A stretch of DNA of 64,000 bases from a virus (lineage: Duplodnaviria > Heunggongvirae > Uroviricota > Caudoviricetes). The stretch covers positions 1 to 64,000 of IMG/VR virus record IMGVR_UViG_2630968876_000001; one strand, written 5' to 3'. Made by a program: the position numbers and the translations under genes. Under the pieces are notes generated by a model that saw nothing but the letters and a program-made list of their open reading frames with translations, was not told the origin of the DNA and searched no databases. Position 1 is the first letter of the stretch. Each line of letters starts with the position of its first letter. Below, piece by piece: positions 16,961-27,000 of the stretch.

Positions 16961-17178
16961 ATTTCAGGCAGCTTTTTGGCCCTTAACGACGTCTGGTATT
17001 TGGGTTTTTGAGGTTTTCAATATCGCCATTGGTTTTTGACCAGGCAATGCACCAGCTGTTAACAGCAGCGCGGATCTCGTCTACCGTGGCCTCGCTTAGC
17101 CCTTTGACCTTCACCAGTTCCGGCGGCAGCTCACCGCCCACAGCCGCCACCGTGTCATAACCGGCTTTTACCAGCGCG

Positions 17179-18255
17179 TTAAGCGCACGCGCCGGGATAG
17201 CGAGCTCGGAGACCGATGATGCGCTTGTGGAGTCGTGGAAAGTCCAGCGCCAGGCGGGTCATGATGCGCTCATGCAGTTCATCGTTGATGGCCGTGTCCC
17301 ACATAGGGAGTAAATCAGGCAGGATGCGGAATACCGGATTGCCCCATATACCCGGCACCACGTCCATTGCCAGCATCATCGCCGTGCGGATCTGGTAGTG
17401 GAAATTTGCCGTCTCAATGGACACGTCACGGATGCCGTGAAATACGCTAAGCCCGAAGTGGTAATTGTAGATATAGCAGCCCACGTCGCCGCTGCCGTCC
17501 GGCAGCTGTAGCAGGAATTGCGCCACATCTTCCTGCCCGTCGTGAAACTCCACGCGCTCTTTGAGATTGTTATGCAGAGCCGTCAGTTTAATCAGCTCAT
17601 TAGCCGTCTCACCGCGCAGGCGACGCTCTTTACCCACTTCTTTATCTGCAATATTCAGCTTCTGCTGCAGTTCCTGTATCAGTGCGCTCTGCTTTTTGCG
17701 GTCGGCGCGGTGCTGAGAAATGGTTTTGTCGCGCTCCTGCAGATCTGCCGCCAGGCGTTCAGGATTCTTGCGGCGGTAGTGTGTAAATTCCTGATTCAGA
17801 GTGGTCAGCGCCAGCTGAGCGGTAACCAGCGCACCTGCGCTGCGATCGCGGGCGTTTTCAGCATTGATAGCGCGATTTTCGGCCTCACCTTCACGAATGC
17901 GGGCTTCCTGAATGGCTTCATCAGCGGCGTTCTTCGCCTCAAGGCGAATCTGAGCTATCTCTGCGGCCAGCACGGAATGCTGGTCCAGCTCCTGCTGTAC
18001 GTGCTCCAGCGCCTCTGCCAGCACGTTGTAGGTATCAGCTTCGTGGTTAAGGCGCAGGTTGATATCAATCTGCACCTGCTCCAGCGCGGACAGGCAGTTA
18101 TCCAGCAGGCGTTTTTCTAGATCGTCGAGTTTCAGGCGCTTGCGCATAGAACTCAGCTGGCCATAGGCCGTTACAAACGTCTGGTGCAGTACTTCATCGT
18201 CAACGGGGCATTCAGGAAGTTGCTGCAGCTGCTGGAGCACATTTTGAGAAGTCAT
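17179..18255 (-). CDS. coiled-coil protein with a C-terminal globular domain, 358 aa (antirepressor-like by position and size; function unproven)
   Basis: N-terminal ~220 aa strongly heptad/charged (QQLQQLPE..., AEIAQIRLEAKNAADEAIQEARIREGEAENR). Operator-like motif directly upstream. Size close to P1 Ant1. Confidence 0.5.
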   Translation of the reverse strand: MTSQNVLQQLQQLPECPVDDEVLHQTFVTAYGQLSSMRKRLKLDDLEKRLLDNCLSALEQVQIDINLRLNHEADTYNVLAEALEHVQQELDQHSVLAAEIAQIRLEAKNAADEAIQEARIREGEAENRAINAENARDRSAGALVTAQLALTTLNQEFTHYRRKNPERLAADLQERDKTISQHRADRKKQSALIQELQQKLNIADKEVGKERRLRGETANELIKLTALHNNLKERVEFHDGQEDVAQFLLQLPDGSGDVGCYIYNYHFGLSVFHGIRDVSIETANFHYQIRTAMMLAMDVVPGIWGNPVFRILPDLLPMWDTAINDELHERIMTRLALDFPRLHKRIIGLRARYPGACA

Positions 18256-18323
18256 GGTTGGTTTCAGATCCGCTGTAAATTTGCGGCTGATTCTAACGTG
18301 AAATTAACCACTGTCTATAAAAT

Positions 18324-18344
18324 GTTTTAGAATTGTGTGTGAAT
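18324..18344. promoter_or_regulatory. C1-operator-like motif (GTTTTAGAATTGTGTGTGAAT) in the promoter region of the 358-aa gene
   Basis: Motif family member ~70 bp upstream of the 18255 start. Confidence 0.35.
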
Positions 18345-18399
18345 TTTTGGGGGGGGTCAAGGAAAGAGGCAGGGGGAGATCCCCTGTCTGGTATAAAAT

Positions 18400-18699
18400 T
18401 TAGCCTGCGAGGAGAAACCCGCAGTAAAGCGCAGTGGCTGCAACAGTCAGCCAGAACGCCTGCAGCAAAACGGACGGCGGGCGCACGCGTCCGGTTTCGT
18501 ATTCCTCCTGCGTCATATGGCCCAGATAACTCATGGCCACCAGCACGGCGTTTTCGTCAAAGTCGAGCGTTGCGCGCAGATGCTCCAGGGCAGGACGCGT
18601 CACCTGGCGCGTGTTCAGGGTAACCACGCCGGATCGCATTCTTCCCGATTCGCCGGCAAAGCAGACGGAGTGATAGTGGAAACGAGACATACGGCGCAT
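18400..18699 (-). CDS. hypothetical protein, 99 aa, with C-terminal TM segment
   Basis: ORF; C-terminal hydrophobic WLTVAATALYCGFLLAG. Confidence 0.35.
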   Translation of the reverse strand: MRRMSRFHYHSVCFAGESGRMRSGVVTLNTRQVTRPALEHLRATLDFDENAVLVAMSYLGHMTQEEYETGRVRPPSVLLQAFWLTVAATALYCGFLLAG

Positions 18700-19253
18700 C
18701 AGGTCGCCGTATGCCAGTCTGTCATTTCAAAGTCCGGCAGGCTCGGCTCATAAGGATGTTCGCTGCCGTCAGCCTGATAAAGCACCAGCTGTATTGCGCT
18801 CGGCCTGTGGCTGCGTGACTTTTTTCGTCCCATCAGAAAATGCCCCGCTGGCCACTCGGTCCGCCTCACGGCAAGCTCCAGATTTTCGTGCAGGCGATTC
18901 ATGGCGTCGTTGTACCCGAAAAGCGCGACAGGCTGGCTGTCTACGTCAATGGCACCGATACCAATTTTGCCTAAACCCTCAACCTGAACCGTTGTCATGC
19001 GTGCGCGTCCTTCTGTAAATGTTTTGCGTAAAATTAAACCAATGCCCTTCACGCCGCCGTAGTAACACAGCGTGCGTTCGCTTAAACCACTGCGGGATTT
19101 AAGCTCGTCTTTCGACACTTTCAACGCTCCAGCGTCTGCTGCCATTTCGGCAAATACCGCCAGCCCAAGCTGCAGGCTTTCCCGCGTTTTTTTACGACGC
19201 GCAGCGAGCCGGAAAGCAGGGCATGGCAGAAAAAAATTTGCATTAAACAGCAC
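18699..19253 (-). CDS. hypothetical protein, 184 aa, with HTH-like segment
   Basis: LKVSKDELKSRSGLSERTLCYY resembles a helix-turn-helix; start/stop overlap with neighbouring genes. Confidence 0.4.
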   Translation of the reverse strand: MLFNANFFLPCPAFRLAARRKKTRESLQLGLAVFAEMAADAGALKVSKDELKSRSGLSERTLCYYGGVKGIGLILRKTFTEGRARMTTVQVEGLGKIGIGAIDVDSQPVALFGYNDAMNRLHENLELAVRRTEWPAGHFLMGRKKSRSHRPSAIQLVLYQADGSEHPYEPSLPDFEMTDWHTAT

Positions 19254-19841
19254 TTAATTGCTCCAGAACTTTTCATTCTCATGCGCCGGCATGGCTTCGC
19301 CAGGCTCAAGCGCCACGTACTGTCTGATAACCCTGATGGTTTCTTCCGGTGAAAACGAGAGCAGGACATAAAATCCCCCGGCGCGAAGCCGGTTCATCCA
19401 TGTGACCTGTGTCTCAGCAGGCATTCTCTTGCCGTGCTTTTGCTCTATCCGCATGCCGTGGTAAATGCCCGACGCGATCTCAAGCCCCATATCCGGGTAA
19501 CCGCGCTTGGCCCCTTCGGCTTCAATAGCTGCCGCGGTCGCCTTTAAACGGAACCCTCCGTTTGGTATGGCAAAAAGGTGATCGTAGATATGGCTGTCTG
19601 AACGGTGAAAATGGTCGAAGATAAAGACCTGATCGTAGTGTTCCTGCTTGCCTTTGCGCTTTTCAGGGTTTTTAACGAGAGCAGCGAGTGCTGTCGCGTG
19701 GGCGGAAAGCGCTTTAACCGGTGCTAACCAGTCTGCTGCCTTGCCTGCTTTCGCTTTTGCCGGAGCCGCTTTCTTTCCTGAGTGAGTGCCTGTCTGTGTT
19801 TTTTGCCTGTAGGAGTGAAGCCAGTCTTCAGTAAAACGCAT
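19254..19841 (-). CDS. PD-(D/E)xK / VRR-NUC-like nuclease-fold protein, 195 aa
   Basis: ...HLFAIPNGGFRLKATAAAIEAEGAKRGYPDMGLEIASGIYHGMRIEQK... carries PD...E.K catalytic-like spacing. Assignment by eye only. Confidence 0.45.
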   Translation of the reverse strand: MRFTEDWLHSYRQKTQTGTHSGKKAAPAKAKAGKAADWLAPVKALSAHATALAALVKNPEKRKGKQEHYDQVFIFDHFHRSDSHIYDHLFAIPNGGFRLKATAAAIEAEGAKRGYPDMGLEIASGIYHGMRIEQKHGKRMPAETQVTWMNRLRAGGFYVLLSFSPEETIRVIRQYVALEPGEAMPAHENEKFWSN

Positions 19842-19916
19842 GTCCGGAATCTTAAGCCGCAGATAGTGTTTCTAAAAGGGATTTGCGTCGGGGGGTATTC
19901 TTAACGCTTGGAAAGG

Positions 19917-19966
19917 AAAAAACAAGCCTGTAATTTACATCTTCATGAAGTTAGCAATTACAGGCT
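19917..19966 (-). terminator. strong rho-independent terminator (11-bp stem) after the 93-aa gene
   Basis: agcctgtaatt-(20 nt loop)-aattacaggct flanked by an A-run on the plus strand (T-run on minus). Confidence 0.65.
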
Positions 19967-19978
19967 TTTATCAGGTTA

Positions 19979-20260
19979 TTAGTGCGCCAGATAAACAAAG
20001 TAAAGGCTGAAAATGATACCTAAAGTTGAAAGAACGAGTGTGACAGCCTGCCTGAATACATTAGCCGCGCCTGACTCTTGAGGTGTTTTTGTCTGGTAAA
20101 CGGTGGAGTTAACAAAGTCGCGCTGTGCAAAATTTTTCATGATATATTCTCGTTGTTGTGTGCAGGGGTGCCAGTCGCCACAACTTAACCCCTGCAATTT
20201 GTTGAAGCCCGACCATATAGCCGGGCTTTTTCGTCTGGTCTCCCCTGACTTCAAATGCAA
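19979..20260 (-). CDS. small C-terminally membrane-anchored protein, 93 aa
   Basis: C-terminal TM VTLVLSTLGIIFSLYFVYLAH; own promoter-like region upstream (20262-20330). Confidence 0.35.
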   Translation of the reverse strand: MHLKSGETRRKSPAIWSGFNKLQGLSCGDWHPCTQQREYIMKNFAQRDFVNSTVYQTKTPQESGAANVFRQAVTLVLSTLGIIFSLYFVYLAH

Positions 20261-20331
20261 ATCTAAATGCTTGTCTTAGAAAGATCAATATAAATGTGCA
20301 GGTTTTTGTATATTTTCAGGCGTGGCAAGGC

Positions 20332-20580
20332 CTACAGCGCCTCTTTCAGCCGCTTTATGGCGTCGTCCAGTGCGATATACCAGCTCTGTTTATCCAGTTC
20401 GCGCAGCGTTTTTACTCGCTGCTGCGTGTACGGATTGATCACCCAAGCCCACGTCTCAAAGTCACCGTCGGCGTAAACGTAAAACACGTTTTTGGGCCGG
20501 TTGAAGTGTAATAGTGCTCCCGCTGCGCTGACATACTGCTCGATTTCCTCTTGCTTAATGTGCTTGTTGATTCGTGGCAC
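20332..20580 (-). CDS. hypothetical protein, 82 aa
   Basis: ORF downstream of the 142-aa gene. Confidence 0.4.
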   Translation of the reverse strand: MPRINKHIKQEEIEQYVSAAGALLHFNRPKNVFYVYADGDFETWAWVINPYTQQRVKTLRELDKQSWYIALDDAIKRLKEAL

Positions 20581-20588
20581 GGCGGCTC

Positions 20589-21017
20589 CTAAATTCTTCG
20601 TTTTTCTATGGACTCGTCATAGCTGACGTACAAATACGGCTCTGTATCGTCCGCTGACGGCATAACGGGCAGCAGGTGGTATGCACTGTATACCGCGTCG
20701 TTCTCCGTGCGATCGTCGGCGTACAGGTGCGCAGCCACTACCGTCAGGGCTGGCCGGGAGAGCGAGTATATTTCGGCAACGTCGCTTTCGACTACCTGCC
20801 CGAATTGAGTAATAGCACTTTCCAGTAAAAGCAGCTTGATTGCAGGCCACCACGGGCCGAACGCGCGATACGCAAAGCGGGCGCTGCCGGCGCGCTTTAC
20901 CACGTTTTCCAGATAATACGCGACAAACGCCTCTTCGGTGCGCCCGTCCAGGGCAAGCGGCAGCAGGCTTTCAATGTAGGTTTCGGTTGGCTTAATGGTA
21001 TCAATCAGTGTCGTCAT
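20589..21017 (-). CDS. hypothetical protein, 142 aa, immediately downstream of the darB-like gene
   Basis: ORF starting 31 bp after the darB-like stop. Confidence 0.45.
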   Translation of the reverse strand: MTTLIDTIKPTETYIESLLPLALDGRTEEAFVAYYLENVVKRAGSARFAYRAFGPWWPAIKLLLLESAITQFGQVVESDVAEIYSLSRPALTVVAAHLYADDRTENDAVYSAYHLLPVMPSADDTEPYLYVSYDESIEKRRI

Positions 21018-21047
21018 GTGTGACGGCCCTTTCGGGCCGCTCCTGTG

Positions 21048-24000
21048 TTATGCGTTTTCGATATCCGCGCGCAGCGCATCGAGATCGTGTGAGGAAGGGA
21101 TAAGCCATGCAGGCTGCGTGAACTCGTTCCCGGCTACCGGATCGGCTTCAAAGTTCCAGAATTTCGCGCCGTACTTCTCTTTCATCAGGTCGCGCACCGC
21201 TTTGCGCTTAAGCACCGGCTTATCGCTGGTGTCCGTCAGCACGTAGGCGCCGCCGGCCGGGAAGTCGATTTTAAAGGTGCGGTTCTTCCACTTGCGCGAG
21301 GCCACCAGCTCCTGCTCGTTTTTCAGCACCTGGAAACCGGATGCCTGTTTCTGCGCCTGCTCAGCCCGCACGGCGGTTGCCGCTGTGGTGGCCGCAAGGT
21401 TCGCTGACGCGCGGCGCTCTGCCAGTTCTTCAGGCGAGAGTTTGCCGGTCATCAGCGCCTTATAGTCCGTCCACGTCGGCGCGTGATCCCGATATCCGCC
21501 CTCCTCCATCTGCTCCAGGAAGGTATAAAGACCGCCCACCAGCGCCTTAACCGTCCGGGAGGACAGGAAGGTTTCAGCCGTCACGTCTGATTCACTCAGA
21601 TCGCCCAGCGCCACGCTGGCGCGCAGGAACTGTGCCGCAGGCGACTCGGTAACGTTGGCCGCGTTATCAATATCGCCCATCGCTTCGTGGCGCGTTTTAT
21701 CCAGCACCGTGGCAATGGTCGCCTGGATGCTTTCCGGGGTGTACTGGCGGAACTGCTGCAGCGCTGCAGCGGCGTACTGATCAGCCAGCGCCCTGACGGC
21801 TTTAACCTTGCTTTGCCCCATCCCGTCGCGCAGCTGGTTAAACATCGCCTCGTACTCGTTGCTGTTGGAAAAGCCCGACATGGCATTACGGAACTGACGG
21901 ATGCTGATGCTGTTGCTCCAGAAATAACTGTCCTGGCTGGCGCCTAAGAAATAAGCCTTTGCCTCAGCGTCCGTTGCGCCGGTCACTTTGCGCCCCTGTG
22001 CGTCGCCTGCCTCAAATTCCGCTACCAGCTGGCTGAACACCTTAACGACGTCCTCCATGCCCGCCTGCTCGCCGTAGCCCTGCATTGCCGTGTTGTAGTT
22101 ACCGCCAAATACAGCCTTAAATACGGCCTGCACTGAATACAGGTTTCTGGTCAGGCTGTACTGATACAGCTCGCGCTTCAGCTGCTCGTCGCCGTGATCC
22201 GGATAGAGCCAGTCCTCCGCTTTAATGCTGTCCCGGACGGTAATGCCCGCGTGGATATATTCATGCTTCAGCTCGCCGGCCGCGTCGCGGTACATCCAGG
22301 CGTCCGCCTTCACGTTCATCACGCCGGCGCGAATGGCGGCGTAGAAGTCCGCGCGGCTCAGCGTGTCGGCCAGCGAAACCGGATCGATACCTTTTGCCGC
22401 CTTCTGCAGCGCTTTCGCCTGGTCAGTCGTGATTTCCACGCGATCGCCAACCAGATCCGCCGGCATTTCCGTGAATCCGCCAATGTCCGGCCTGGTATAA
22501 CAGCGAAGCGGCTTGTGGATCAGCTCAACCTCCACCGTGCCTTTCTCCGGGAAGAATTTGCGGATCTGGAATACGCCCTTTTCCTGCTTATCGTCATCCA
22601 TCCAGATTTCATAGCACGCCCCGATGCGTACCAGCTGCCCGCCGGCCAGCTTCATGTACTGCTCTGGCGCACGCAGCACGTCAGGATCGACTTCCAGCGC
22701 GCCGGACAGAATGGCACGCTCAACCTCACCGCGTGAGCGCTTAATGGTGCTGGCGGCGCTTTTGGAGCGCGTCAGCGCCTTGCGGGCGCCGTTCAGCTCC
22801 TGCTCCAGCTTCTTCTGCTTCGCCAGGCCTTCTTTGAGCGCGGCACGCGCGTTGCGGCGGTCCTGCCCGCGCCAGTTGTCCGCAGACCGTTTGCCGTATT
22901 TTTCCAGCTCAGTGTTATAAGCCGTTTCGGCGTCTGTGACGTCTGCGCGCAGCCCGTCAATGCTGCCGTTGATTTCATCAAAGGCGGCTGAAAAGTCAGC
23001 GATATTCGCTTCCAGTACCTCTGTCGGCGTGGCAGCGGCAACGCTCGCTTTCAGGTAGATATCCAGCGCGGCGGCGGCTTCGCGCTCGGCCTGCTGGCGC
23101 TCTGCTTCGCGTTTTGCCTTCAGCTGTGCGTCCACGCGCGCGCGGCGTTCTTCCGGGTTTGCGGCCAGCAGCAGGCTCTGCTCCTCTTTGGATTCCACAT
23201 CGCCATTCTTCATGCTGGACACGTCGGACTTCATGACGTCGTTGATCCAGTTTTTCTTGCGCTGCAGCGTCTCCAGGCGGAACTCGTCAAACGAACCCTT
23301 ACCGCAGTAGTAATGCACGCGCATGCTGTCGCGCTCGGAGCCTACGCGGGCGCCGCGCCCGTTGCGCTGGTCAATACTGGCCGGCGTCCAGGGTAGCGTA
23401 AGATGGTGCGTGTCAGCGGTGCCTTTGTGCAGGTTGATCCCCACTTCGGCTTTTTTGTTGCAGATGATGATTGGCGTGCGGCCTTCGTTGTAGTCGGCGG
23501 CGATCCCCTCCATCCCGGCAAGCGAGGCGTCATTCAGCGCGGCCTGATAGTCCTCATAGCGCGCCAGCTCCTGATAGTACTTATCCCACGCGCCCTCCTT
23601 AAAGCTGCCGTCCGCTTTCTCCACCGGCTCTGCGGGCTTCTTCACGGGCTTCACCTTCACGCCGGATGCTTTCGCTACCGTTGTGGCGTTGATGATGCCT
23701 ATCTGCTGCTCCTGCAGGCCCAGGGCGCTTGCGATGATGCGGCGCAGTTTGTTGTGCTGCGTCTTTTCATCCATGAAGATGATCTGCTTACCGTCCGGCA
23801 GGCCAGCTTTAAGGTTTTCTATCAGCGCGGCGTACTTCGGCGGGACCGGGTGCGAGACGTGCTGCATATCAATGCCGGCGGCGGCGATCGCGTCCAGCAC
23901 CTGCTGCTCCAGCGTGTCGCTTACCACCAGCTCCACGACGCCCCCGCGGTTCTTCAGCGTGGTTTTGACAACCTTGCTGGTGCGCGTGTCGGTCAGGCCA

Positions 24001-27000
24001 CTCTCTGCGTCCTCCGCCACTTCCTCCTCGTCGCCCGCCAGCAGCACGCCGCCCGCTTCACCCGGGAGCGCGCGTGCAACCTGCTTCACCTTTTCAAGAT
24101 CCTCTTCACGGAAGCGGAACGTGATAGCGGAGCGATACAGATCCGGGTCAATCACCACCTTATCCATGTCGCGGATCACGGAGAAAATGAAGTCATCATC
24201 GTTCTGCACGATGGACACGGTGCCGTCGCCGTTATCCTGCACGCTCTCTTTCTGCCCGATGCGGCTGGCACGCAGGCGCAGCTCCTCATAGAGCGCCTGC
24301 TGATCGCGCGTCATCGGCACGCCCACGGTTTTCTCGTCCAGACCGGGGATTTTCACGCTGTCTTTCACGTCAGCAGCAGATTTAAGCGTCGTCCAGCGGT
24401 GGAAGATGCCGCGCAGGCCATCAAGGTTTTTAAAGCCCACCAGCCCCTGCTTATCCTCGAGCTCGCCGGAAATTTTCTGCACGGTTACGGTGTCGGTTTC
24501 ACCGAACACCCGCACAAAGTCATCCGGCGTCAGGATCCCCATCGCCTTCCACTCTTCCAGCGACACGACGTGTGAGAGCATGTTGAATGCGTCGATCGGA
24601 GAGTTAACCAGCGGCGTTGCGGTCAGCATCACCACCCCGCGCCCGTTGAACTTTTTCATCATGTACTGGCTTTTCACGGCCATATCACGGGCTGTTTTGG
24701 AGACGGACGGATTCGGCAGGTAAGCCAGCTGGCCAGCTTCACGGCCGGCGCTGTGCGAGTTGCGGTAGTTATGGCCTTCGTCTGCGATCACGCTGTCAAA
24801 GTGCATATCCTCAAAGTAGGGGATCTGGCTCTTTTTCTTCGTGCCGGTATCGGCGGCTTTATCGCGGAGTTTGTTGCGGGACGTGGCGGCGCGGTGCGTG
24901 GACTTCATCAGATCCGTGCGGCCATTCTCAATCTGGTTAAAGACTGCCTGGCTGGAGTTTTCTTCAATCGTCTCCGGGCGCATCGGGATATCGCCAAACT
25001 GCTCTTTGGTCATCACCACGGCGCGGTAGTTGGAGACCGGGATCATGTTCATGCGCTCAAGCACGGTCGCGGCAGCGGACTCTTTTACCACGTTGCGCAT
25101 GACCGGCTGGCCATCTTTGTCCAGCTTCGGCTCGTTGTTTTCGTCGCGCTCCGGCGCCTGCATGATCTGGCCATCATCGCCGCGCACTTCGTCCAGGCCA
25201 ACAAACAGGATTTTCTCAAACGCCTCGGCGCTGTAGAAACCGTGGGCTTCGTGATACCAGTTCTGCAGCACGGCTTTAGGCACGACGTACACGGTACGCT
25301 TGCTGCGCCCCACCTCGTAGTTATAGGCCTCCAGCGCCAGCGCGGTTGTGGTTTTACCCAGCCCGGTACCGAATCCCATAATGCCCCGGCCATCTTCCGA
25401 CAGGCGGCGCACTTCGGCGTTCTGGTAGCTCAGCGGAATGCGCTTGCCGCTGATCTGCTGCAGCTGCAGGGACGCGGACGAATGCTCAAACGGCACGTAG
25501 CCGTTAAACGCGTCGTTGTAATCGCTGACAACCGATTCAACGTCCGGATGCGTGCGCAGCCAGTGGTTAAACTGCGCCTCCAGGCCGCTGATGCGCTTCA
25601 GGTAGACGTTAGCGTTCACGCCGCGCGGCTTCACGCCGTTCAGGTAGTTTTCCAGCTGGTTGTAGAAGCCATCTTTGTAACTGGCGCGCTTAAATTCAGT
25701 CACGCCACCTTTGCCGGTGACGGAGCGCACCTGGTAGCCGGAAAATACGCCGTCTTTCCCCGCGTAATTATCCTCCGCGGTCAGGTAGCCGTTTTCGTTT
25801 TCCAGATCCTGCGTGTACTTAAAGTCGTCAAAGCCCTGGTCAATCAGGAACTCTTTAATCAGCCGGCGATCCAGCCAGCGGGCGTTAAGGTTGACCGTAA
25901 TATCTTCAATCGGCGTGTGGTTGCGCTTCTCGTTGATCGTTTCCAGCTGGCGGACGTAGTTAGCTTTAACCGGCCCGTCCGGCGCGTCGTTAATCAGCGC
26001 CGCCAGGCGGGACACCTTGCCGCGCACGTTGCCGGTTGTGGCGCGCGCCAGCGGCATAATGTTGCCGTTACCGTCGAGCGCAATCTCCGGGAAGGTCGCC
26101 AGGTGCGCCAGCAGCGCCTCGTCATCTTCCGGCAGTTCGCCTTTAAACGCGGCGCGGAAAGCGGCCAGCGCCACCGGTACCAGATCCACGTCGCTGAAAA
26201 GGTGCGATACCACCTGCTCCGGGCTGGCAAAGTCCACCGCCACCGCCTCGCTGCGGTCAATGGTTCCGTTCAGCAGCGCGGACAAATCCCCTTCGCGGCT
26301 GACGTTGGCCTGAAAACTCAGCCAGCCTTTGGCGCTCGCATCAGAGAGACCGGCCAGCTTCAGGCCTTTCGGCGTGCCGTACTGCCCGACTTCCTCACTC
26401 ACCAGGCGCGCGGCGTCAGCGATAATGCCGCTGGCGTCGCCGCCCAGCATCTGCGTATCGAGCGCGTCGTTGATGCGCAGGCCGATGATGGATGCGCGCA
26501 TCACGCGCCAGCGGTGACCCGGCTTCTGCTGCATCGCAAAGCGAATGGCCGCGTGAATGCGATCGTCAAACAGCTGCGGGTATTCCACGCTGGCGGCATA
26601 CAGGGCGCGGCTGTCCAGCGAGAGCATGCCGTTAATTGTGCGCGTTTTCGTCTGCAGGTCGCCAAACGTGGCGGCACCGAACCGCTCCGCGTCGATCCCG
26701 CTCGATGCCGTGGTGGAATCCTTAACAAACCGCGTGCCGTCGTAGGTGTGCCAGACGCCGGCCATAAGCCGCTTATCACCCTCTACCGGTGACTGCCAGA
26801 CTGCAGCAGGCGTACCCAGCCGATCCCAGTCGATGCGGCTGTCAAAGCGGCGCGACAGCGCGGCTTTCATGGCCGCGTTGGTCAGCTGACCATCTTTTTT
26901 GACCACCAGGATGTTATTGAAGTCAGACCGCTCGGTTTCGCCGTGAACGAAGCGCCGCCCCTCGGTTTCAAACCATTTGCCGCGGATAAACGTTGGCCAC

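Noticed and set aside
23403-26792. Long plus-strand ORFs (390 and 679 aa) inside the darB-like gene
   Set aside because: Antisense to a strongly supported 2290-aa gene in high-GC DNA. Arg/Ala/Gly/His-rich composition, no SD or start context. Typical spurious antisense ORFs.
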